Source of the DNA: an uncultured Candidatus Saccharibacteria bacterium
GTDB taxonomy: Bacteria > Patescibacteriota > Minisyncoccia > Phycocordibacterales > Phycocordibacteraceae
DNA length: 64,000 nucleotides
Assembly (NCBI GenBank): GCA_964650475.1
Contig: CAZYRK010000001.1
Location: 8,356 to 72,355 of the forward strand
Direction of reading: 5' to 3'
Shown here: piece by piece, positions 56,701-64,000 of the stretch
How the letters are laid out: every line of letters starts with the position of its first letter
How positions within the stretch are numbered: the first letter of the stretch is position 1
Position numbers and translations under genes: made by a program
The notes under the pieces: model-generated
The model's database searches: none
What the model was told of the DNA's origin: nothing
What the model saw: only the letters and a program-made list of their open reading frames with translations

Positions 56701-59509
56701 AGTCCTCAAGAAGTTTAAGTATTGCGTCATACTCTGACAATGCTCCACGACGCCACTTTCCACTGCGTAATTCGCGCACAACAGTATCCATATCTTTAAG
56801 TGCGTTTTCTCGCTCCTGTTTCCCTACCGGAACTGAAACTTTTTTAATCCCCTTATCTGAAATACCTAGCAACAAACCACTGGAAACATCTTCTCCATTT
56901 GCAAAAAGCATTGCCGCATAAAGTGCAAGCTGTCGTGCATACGCTTCGTTTTTTGCGGAAACACTAGTTCCTGTTTTAAAATCCGCCACAACAAGTTTGC
57001 CATCTTTTTTAAAGACCGCATCAATCTTCCCCGCCAAAATTACTGGAACGCCATCAATCTTTTGCTCCATAGAAAAACCTTTTTCAACATAAACCGGTTC
57101 TCCGAGTTCTTCCAATTCCGGAAACACTGCACCAACAGCTTTCTTAGATTCACTGCGTAGTTTCTCAAACGCCAAATCCCTTACAAGCAACGAACGCGCG
57201 AACACCCGAGAAAGCGCGACATAAGAATCTTCCAGTGTTCCTCCGGAAAGAGCTGTCGCGAGCGCCACGTGTATTGCACTACCGTAAACAAGCGGCGGCG
57301 TTGGTGGCTCATGTATACGTAAAACACGGCGCGCGAAAAAAGTCGCTGGTGACTCAAGATATTCGTTTACAGCAGACGGTGAAAGTCCTCCCGTTTCCAG
57401 ATACTGTTCCACCAATTCGTGTATTTTTTTTGGAGCGTTAATTGTTGCGTGCAAGGCAGGTAGAATATCTCCTTCTACATTGACCTCTGAAATATTTTTT
57501 GGCATCAGTAATGTCGGAAGTCTGTCACGCCCGGTGTCACTTGTACGTGCATAAAAAAGATACGCATAATCTTTTGCTCGAGTAAGTGCAACATAAAACA
57601 ATCGGCGTGCGTCATCTATCGTTTGTTTACTATCGAACGGGGTCGGTACGGTTGAAGACCTATTGTTTTTTTCCCAAGTATTTTCAGTACAATCTGGAAC
57701 AATAACATACTTAAATTCCATACCTTTTGCCTTGTGCGCGGTAATCACAGTAATGAAACCTTCTCGCTCAGTCAAAGAAACCTTAACCGGCGAAAGTCCG
57801 TGCTCCCTGGCGCGCGTAAGATCTCTAAAAGCCTCTGCAAACATTGTGGCTTCTGTAAGAAGCACAACATTTTCAAGGTGCATCATAAGCGCGCGCACAA
57901 GAGATATGTTGTCTATAAGCTCCGCATGTGACAAAAAGTAATCACGAGCTCCGCTCTCTGTAAAAACATATGAAAACGTAGCTATTGGCGTAAGTACGAG
58001 CGCTTCACGTACACAAGAAGCGATTATCTTTGATGTCTCTGGAAATTGACGATACAAATCGGAAACTAAATCTTTATCATTTGTTGTTCGCAAAAAATGA
58101 AGCATCTGAACAATGGGTACTCCCCACCAAGGAGCGAGTAACGCTTCCCGCAGACTTCCTGTGCGCAAAGGATCTGCAACATAATCCATAAGAGATACAA
58201 GAGCCCTTACTACAGGTTGTGCTGTTAAAGACAGATCACCAGCCCGAAGAACCGGCAGATTTTTTGCTACAAGCGCCTGTGCAAACAAATCCGCTGTTTT
58301 ATTTTTACGAGAGATTATTGCAATCTCGTGCGGAAGCACTCCGTCTTTTATAAGCTTTTCAACAAGAGCAACTACACGAGAGCGCTCATCAAGCGGGTCG
58401 GAAGCTGTGACAAAAGATACACACGCCGTATCTCCGGAACGCGTCGCAGTGAGGCGCGAGTGTTCTCCAGCAGAATCCACAACAGAGTGCGCCGTATCAA
58501 GAATATTTTGATACGAACGAAAAGAAGATGTTAGATTGATTACAACAGTTCGCGGAAAAAGCTTTGTGAAGGTTTTAAAAGCTCCGATATCAGCTCCTTG
58601 GAAACGATAGATCGCCTGTTTTTCATCACCAACAACAAAAATATTCGGATGGTCATCGTACGCAAAAAGCTCGAGCATTTTATGTTGGGAAGCATTAGCG
58701 TCTTGATGTTCATCAGCCAAAATATACTGGTAGCGCTCTTGCAAATCGCTTCGCAAACTCTCATTTGACGCGATACAGCCGACTACACCTGTCAAAATAT
58801 CAGAAAAATCAATAAGCCCTCGAGCGTCTTTAAGTTCTTGATACAGAGAGAGTACACAAACAGCTTCGTCAACCCTATCAAACCGGGCAATCTTATCATG
58901 CCCGGCTTTTGTTAATTCACCGATACACTTTCCTTTCTTGTACTGAAAAGCTTCGTCCTCTTTAATAGCAAGCACTTCTTTGCTTCCCCACTCACGATAC
59001 TCGTCGTACGTTATTCCTTCTCGCGAGAACAAACCGTAAAGACTTTTCAAATCTCGCAAATAAGTATACGGGGCTTTTGGTGGACGCAAAATATTTATAT
59101 CTGCCATATCAATAGCCTTTCGAAGCAAAAGAGTTTCTTCAACATCACCCATCAAGCGCTTATCGATTTCGCCTGCAAAAGCATCTGGATATTCCGAGCG
59201 CACTAGCTCCGCAAACCCGTGGAAAGTTGTGATAGTAACCTTCCGAGCAGTTTCCTCACCAATTAGTACCGATAGGCGCCCGCGCATCGTCCGCGCTGCC
59301 GAGTCGGTAAAAGTCAGCGCGAGAATACTATCTGGCGTCGCTTGTGTTATTCGCAATATATTTGCGATGCGCAATGTAAGAATATGGGTTTTACCAGTAC
59401 CAGGACCTGCAAGTACCATCACAGGACCCTCTACAGTATCGACCGCTTGTTTTTGTTCTTTTGTAAGTTTTGTATACGCCTCATCAAAAGCTTTGCTTCC
59501 ATGTATCAT
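56699..59509 (-). CDS. UvrD/PcrA-family helicase fused to C-terminal PD-(D/E)xK nuclease
   Basis: AGPGTGKT, DEHQD, VGDEKQAIYRFQGA, TAHKAKGME, YVALTRAK; GKID..DFKTG..QLALYA. Confidence 0.9.
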   Translation of the reverse strand: MIHGSKAFDEAYTKLTKEQKQAVDTVEGPVMVLAGPGTGKTHILTLRIANILRITQATPDSILALTFTDSAARTMRGRLSVLIGEETARKVTITTFHGFAELVRSEYPDAFAGEIDKRLMGDVEETLLLRKAIDMADINILRPPKAPYTYLRDLKSLYGLFSREGITYDEYREWGSKEVLAIKEDEAFQYKKGKCIGELTKAGHDKIARFDRVDEAVCVLSLYQELKDARGLIDFSDILTGVVGCIASNESLRSDLQERYQYILADEHQDANASQHKMLELFAYDDHPNIFVVGDEKQAIYRFQGADIGAFKTFTKLFPRTVVINLTSSFRSYQNILDTAHSVVDSAGEHSRLTATRSGDTACVSFVTASDPLDERSRVVALVEKLIKDGVLPHEIAIISRKNKTADLFAQALVAKNLPVLRAGDLSLTAQPVVRALVSLMDYVADPLRTGSLREALLAPWWGVPIVQMLHFLRTTNDKDLVSDLYRQFPETSKIIASCVREALVLTPIATFSYVFTESGARDYFLSHAELIDNISLVRALMMHLENVVLLTEATMFAEAFRDLTRAREHGLSPVKVSLTEREGFITVITAHKAKGMEFKYVIVPDCTENTWEKNNRSSTVPTPFDSKQTIDDARRLFYVALTRAKDYAYLFYARTSDTGRDRLPTLLMPKNISEVNVEGDILPALHATINAPKKIHELVEQYLETGGLSPSAVNEYLESPATFFARRVLRIHEPPTPPLVYGSAIHVALATALSGGTLEDSYVALSRVFARSLLVRDLAFEKLRSESKKAVGAVFPELEELGEPVYVEKGFSMEQKIDGVPVILAGKIDAVFKKDGKLVVADFKTGTSVSAKNEAYARQLALYAAMLFANGEDVSSGLLLGISDKGIKKVSVPVGKQERENALKDMDTVVRELRSGKWRRGALSEYDAILKLLED

Positions 59510-59599
59510 ATGTTTAGTGTACCCGAATATCACAAAAATAGAAAAAACGCCTGTTTTAAAGAGGCGTTTTTATGCAGAACTAAAGAGCTCGTGAAAATT

Positions 59600-60403
59600 T
59601 TAGGCTACAAAGCCATCAATGACCGCCTTGCCGTCATACTTTTCAAGCAGCACAGCAAGGCTTACATCAGTTTTAACACGTTGTAGCTCTTCTTCATTGT
59701 TTGCAACTACAACCAGCGAAAACGGTGTGTCTTTTGTAAAACTATCTCCAAAGCCATGGTCACCAAAAGCAATAGTGAGAGAAAGCTCAACTTGTCCGAT
59801 AAAATCCTCTGTTGAAACCGGTGCTGTAGATATCTCAAAACCCACAGGAAAATCCGGAGCTTCTTTAAGCGAAAAATTATCCGTGAAGGAAAGGTACGCG
59901 CATGTCTCCGGATGGAAATTTAAATCCACCGAAAGCGTTTTTGTCTCCTCTTTACCGCCGAGAAGCCGAGCCAATTCATCAGCCCAAGCAAACGCATCTG
60001 CCTTTGCCCGGTCAAGCGAAATGCCTTTCTGTTTTGCATAAACTCCCAAAGCCCCACAGTCATCGTGTAGTGTAACTTTTTTAATACCTTTTTGACGCAA
60101 ACTGTTTACAAGCCTCTCTTTTGCTTGAGGATTGTCCTTTATGAGGATGCCCGATCCTGCGATTGCAACAGCGTTTTGGAAAGGAGCTACACGCCCATCG
60201 ATACAACAAACACATGTCGCTGAACGATCCACCATTTCTTTAACTTCATCTGCGTATTCTCGCGCAAGCGATGCAAAGCCTCCTTTAGCACGTATTTTTT
60301 TAATTCTTTCCTCAGAGTTCTTCCAAACATTTTCCTTTTCCTTCATGTCTTCTCCTTCATGGTTATGTGGCAATTCCGCCACGTTCGATTCCGTATGTAT
60401 CAT
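59600..60403 (-). CDS. Hypothetical protein with beta-carbonic-anhydrase-like metal motif
   Basis: CIDGR (CxDxR) and HDDC (HxxC). Confidence 0.55.
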   Translation of the reverse strand: MIHTESNVAELPHNHEGEDMKEKENVWKNSEERIKKIRAKGGFASLAREYADEVKEMVDRSATCVCCIDGRVAPFQNAVAIAGSGILIKDNPQAKERLVNSLRQKGIKKVTLHDDCGALGVYAKQKGISLDRAKADAFAWADELARLLGGKEETKTLSVDLNFHPETCAYLSFTDNFSLKEAPDFPVGFEISTAPVSTEDFIGQVELSLTIAFGDHGFGDSFTKDTPFSLVVVANNEEELQRVKTDVSLAVLLEKYDGKAVIDGFVA

Positions 60404-60412
60404 ATGCTTTGA

Positions 60413-61744
60413 TTAGTAGCTTTTCAAGTGCCGTGACTTTTCGTGAAAACGAATTTTCTCAAGAGCCTTCGCTTCAATCTGACGAATACGCTCACGAGTA
60501 ACCCCAAATTCCCTTCCGACTTCTTCAAGTGTGTGATATATACCGTCTGCAAGACCGTGCCTAAGCTCAAGAATTTTGCGCTCTTTTGGTGATAAGTCTC
60601 CGAGTATGTCGCGCACTTGCGTTGCAAGAATTCGTTCCGATGACTCTTGCACAGGAGAAGGTACCTTATCATCTGCAATAAAGTCACCGAGAGTGGAGCG
60701 TTCATCACTTCCGTCGCCGACAGGGTTTTCAAGTGAAAGTGTGTCTTGATTGATTTTCTCTATCTGATAAATTTTTTCCGGTTCAACATTCATTTCAACA
60801 GCAACCTCTTCCGGTTGCGGGTCACGCCCGAGCATCTGCGCCAAACGGCGAGATATCTGTTTGTACTTTGCGATTGTTTCAACCATATGCACAGGAATAC
60901 GAATCGTACGCGACTGATCCGCCAGTGCGCGCGTAATAGCTTGTCGAATCCACCATGTCGCGTATGTAGAAAACTTATACCCGCGTTTCCAGTCAAATTT
61001 ATCAACAGCTTTGAAAAGTCCGAGGTTTCCTTCTTGGATAAGGTCGAGCAATGTCAAATCCGGCGAGCGACCAACATATTTTTTAGCAATAGAAACCACC
61101 AAACGTAAGTTCGAACGGGCTAAAATATTTCGAGCTTCGCCATCACCAGACTCAATGCGCTGCGCAAGCTCGCGCTCCTCAACAGCGGTTAAAAGCGGGT
61201 ACTGACCGATTTCTCTAAGATAAATCTGTATTGAATTATACGCTTTTGATTCTCGAGACTTTATATTGCGTGTTGCAAGATATTTGTCTGCGTCATCTTC
61301 AAGCATTCCGCCTTCAAGAACGTCTACCCCAGCTGTTGCAAGCTTTTCATAAAGATCTTCAAGAAATTCTACATTGTTTTCTACATGTGGAAACTCTTTT
61401 AAAATCTCACTGTAAGTAACGTATCCCCGTTCACGACCTTTCGAAACAATCGATTCGGCTTGCGCATTCATTTTTATACGGCCTCTGGACAATTTTTTTG
61501 TTGTGGTTTTTTTTGTTTTTTTAGTATTAGTAACTGCTGTCTTTTTTGTAAGCGGATGCTTTGTTGTTTTTACAATTTTCGCCGTTTTCTTTTTCAAAAC
61601 TGTTTTCTTGGATACCGGTTTCTTTACCACGGTGCGTACCGCTTTTTTTGCCACAGTTGCCACAGTACGTGCCACTTGCTTCTTTACGCTTTCGCGGTTC
61701 GCTTTTACGGTAGTTGTCTTCTTTTTTGTTTTTATTGTTGCCAT
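60413..61744 (-). CDS. rpoD: Primary sigma factor with Lys/Thr-rich N-terminal tail
   Basis: [42 protein letters not shown]. Confidence 0.95.
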   Translation of the reverse strand: MATIKTKKKTTTVKANRESVKKQVARTVATVAKKAVRTVVKKPVSKKTVLKKKTAKIVKTTKHPLTKKTAVTNTKKTKKTTTKKLSRGRIKMNAQAESIVSKGRERGYVTYSEILKEFPHVENNVEFLEDLYEKLATAGVDVLEGGMLEDDADKYLATRNIKSRESKAYNSIQIYLREIGQYPLLTAVEERELAQRIESGDGEARNILARSNLRLVVSIAKKYVGRSPDLTLLDLIQEGNLGLFKAVDKFDWKRGYKFSTYATWWIRQAITRALADQSRTIRIPVHMVETIAKYKQISRRLAQMLGRDPQPEEVAVEMNVEPEKIYQIEKINQDTLSLENPVGDGSDERSTLGDFIADDKVPSPVQESSERILATQVRDILGDLSPKERKILELRHGLADGIYHTLEEVGREFGVTRERIRQIEAKALEKIRFHEKSRHLKSY

Positions 61745-61748
61745 AATT

Positions 61749-63443
61749 TTATAGTAGATTCTTTGTACTTTTTGCCATACATTTTATCAAGTCCGCACAA
61801 GCTTCCTCTGCAAGTGTCTCAGCTTTACTGTCTCCAGCCACTTGCGCACACCGGAGTTTATCAAGCATTGCCTCGTATTTCTCCTTTAATAAGGACTGTT
61901 CAAATACACCGATTAGTTCATCTACCGCTTCCTCCGATGGTTCTTCACCAAACAAAATCTCCGTTTCAAATACGGCTTTCTCTGAGGGCTCCGGAAGCGG
62001 AGTGTTCCCTACTATTCGAGCGTACTCGTTTTGTATGCGTTTAGCAAGGGGGCTTTCTGGATAACTCGTAACTATACTTGCTAATATTTCCGCACGCGCA
62101 GTTGTTACAGATGGTTTATTTTCCTCTTTCGGAGAGACAATTCTAGCCTTACCGGAAATTTCTTGTGTTTCTGGAATCGCAGAAAGAGATTCTCGCACAG
62201 CCTCATTGGTAGTAGCAAGAGCTTGCGCGACTATCCCAACGAAGTGCTCTCTTTCGAGAGGGCTTTTGACAGCCTTAACAAGCGGAAGCACTTTCGTTTC
62301 AACAGCCTGTACTAGTTTGTGCGTATCTTTCTCTTTTTTTGCCAGTGTTTCAAGAAAAAACTCGACTACGGACTTTGCTTCCGTAACACGTGTGGCAAAG
62401 TCTTTTGCATCATGCGAAATGATATCCGCAGGGTCCTTTCCTTCAGGTAGCATTACAGCTTTTACACGCATGCCTGCCTTAAGCGCGAGCTTCGCAGAGC
62501 GCTCGGTTGCAGAAAGCCCTGCGTCATCACTGTCAAGAACAAGCATTATGTTATCCGCATATCTTTTTATAATGGACAAATGATGCTCTGAAAGCGCAGT
62601 TCCGGATAATGCGATAGCGTTTGTGAAGCCTGCTTGATGGCAATGCAGAACATCCATCTGCCCTTCAACCAATAAAGCGAACCCCCGTACGCGTATTGCA
62701 TCTTTCGCTCTGTCCATCCCAAAGATAATCTCTGATTTTTTGAACAGTTCGGTTTCCGGCGAATTCAGATACTTTGCTTGCTCATCTGCATCCAGCGTCC
62801 TTCCAGTAAATGCCACAGTCCGTCCTGCGATATCACATATCGGAAACATTAATCTGTTACGAAAACGATCGTAGAAAGTACCCTGCTTCCCACTCGACTC
62901 TTTAATAAGCCCTGCAGATATTAATTCTTCTTTTGAAAAGCCTTGTGCAGACAATGCTTCTAAGAGGTTTCGCCAACCATCTAAGGCATATCCCACGCTC
63001 CAAGAACGAATAGTTTCCTCAGAAAGCCCTCGACTTTTTGCATACGAATACGCATCACTCTCGCTTGGAAGTTGAGATGTAAAGTACAATACTGCGCGCG
63101 CAAGCGCCTCACGCGTTCGCTCATGTTTAGAACGATCAGCCCCAGACTTATGTTCATAGTGCAAAGGAACTCCAGCTTTCTCTGCAAGAATTTTAAGAGC
63201 CCCCTTAAAATCGACACCCTCCATACTTTCGATGAAAGTAAACATGTCGCCTCCCTGTCCACTCGAAAAACAATGGTACGTACCTCGCTCAGGCGAAACA
63301 AAGAAAGACGGTGTCTTTTCCTTATTGAACGGGGAAAGCCCGCGCCAATGTTTACCTGCGCGCGCAAGTTTTACATACGGTTGCACTACATCATTAATGC
63401 TCAGTTTTTCTTTTATCTCCTGAACCGTGTCGCGGTTCGCCAT
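61749..63443 (-). CDS. dnaG: DNA primase
   Basis: [43 protein letters not shown]. Confidence 0.95.
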   Translation of the reverse strand: MANRDTVQEIKEKLSINDVVQPYVKLARAGKHWRGLSPFNKEKTPSFFVSPERGTYHCFSSGQGGDMFTFIESMEGVDFKGALKILAEKAGVPLHYEHKSGADRSKHERTREALARAVLYFTSQLPSESDAYSYAKSRGLSEETIRSWSVGYALDGWRNLLEALSAQGFSKEELISAGLIKESSGKQGTFYDRFRNRLMFPICDIAGRTVAFTGRTLDADEQAKYLNSPETELFKKSEIIFGMDRAKDAIRVRGFALLVEGQMDVLHCHQAGFTNAIALSGTALSEHHLSIIKRYADNIMLVLDSDDAGLSATERSAKLALKAGMRVKAVMLPEGKDPADIISHDAKDFATRVTEAKSVVEFFLETLAKKEKDTHKLVQAVETKVLPLVKAVKSPLEREHFVGIVAQALATTNEAVRESLSAIPETQEISGKARIVSPKEENKPSVTTARAEILASIVTSYPESPLAKRIQNEYARIVGNTPLPEPSEKAVFETEILFGEEPSEEAVDELIGVFEQSLLKEKYEAMLDKLRCAQVAGDSKAETLAEEACADLIKCMAKSTKNLL

Positions 63444-63461
63444 ATCTTATATTTTCAGATT

Positions 63462-64000
63462 TTATTTACCTTTCTCGGATTCCAAACGCTCCGCGTGCAT
63501 TTTTGCAATCGCCTCAAACTTTTTGCTTCCTGCAAAACCTGTCCCTGCCGGAATCAAACGACCAAGAATAATATTTTCCTTGAGTCCTCGCAAGCGGTCT
63601 ACCGAGCCTTTAAGTGCCGCGTTAATAAGAATCTTGGTTGTCTGTTCGAACGACGCGGCAGAAAGGAACGATCTTCGCGAAAGCGCGGACTCCTTAATTC
63701 CGAGTACAATTTCTTTAGCTTTAGGTGGCATTTTGTTTTCTGCTTCACAGGTAGCTTCTGTCTGTACAAACTCCCACCCCTCAATGACATCACCAACAGA
63801 ATAATCGGAATCACCCGCATCGGAAATACGTACACGAGAAAACATCTGCTTCACAACAACTTCAATATGTTTGCGAGAAACCGTAGCTCCTTGCAATTCA
63901 TAAATCTTTGTTGTTTCCGCAATAATATATTCCTGTGTGGCAGCGCGTCCAGCGTGCTCAAAGAGCTCCGTAAGGTTTGCAGAACCATCAGTGAGTATTT
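63462..64000 (-). CDS. rpoC: RNA polymerase beta' subunit, 3' end (partial)
   Basis: KHIEVVVKQM, SFLSAASF, GLKENIILGRLIPAGTG; continues beyond the right edge. Confidence 0.96.
   Translation of the reverse strand, partial: ILTDGSANLTELFEHAGRAATQEYIIAETTKIYELQGATVSRKHIEVVVKQMFSRVRISDAGDSDYSVGDVIEGWEFVQTEATCEAENKMPPKAKEIVLGIKESALSRRSFLSAASFEQTTKILINAALKGSVDRLRGLKENIILGRLIPAGTGFAGSKKFEAIAKMHAERLESEKGK

Noticed and set aside
56596-56781. ORF with PQTPNPK repeats, and ORFs 47806-48147 and 47930-48118
   Set aside because: These are translations of the non-coding repeats.
1-64000. Alternative genetic code (TGA recoded)
   Set aside because: Core genes are full length under code 11, and TGA terminates several of them, including in ATGA overlaps.

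Overview
This window looks like Patescibacteria (CPR, Parcubacteria-like) chromosome. That assignment is inferred from gene order, reduced proteins and scarce Shine-Dalgarno (SD) sites; TGA is used as stop. Core blocks are frr-rseP-proS-mreB-mreC-(orf)-mrdA-greA-lysS-mraZ-rsmH-ftsL-ftsI-murF, prmC/hisS and rpoC-dnaG-rpoD. Two AT-rich islets lie downstream of tRNAs with duplicated 3' ends: PLD-SNF2 helicase + adenine MTase + Fic after tRNA-Glu, and truncated RhuM + ArsR/ArsP cluster after tRNA-Asn. There are two compact metabolic cassettes (glycerate kinase-PEP synthase-enolase-D-2-hydroxyacid dehydrogenase; cupin-GH130-GH130x2-HAD PMM) and three unusual P-type ATPases. The most striking unexplained structure is non-coding. 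First, three mosaic intergenic clusters (47.6-48.0, 55.1-55.6, 56.3-56.7 kb) are built from two covarying palindromes shuffled within a shared backbone, and one ends in a (GGGGTTT)n tract. Second, a loopless 60-bp palindrome at 40497-40556 has ends that form the -35 boxes of two divergent promoters. All calls come from reading motifs by eye; no database searches were run.
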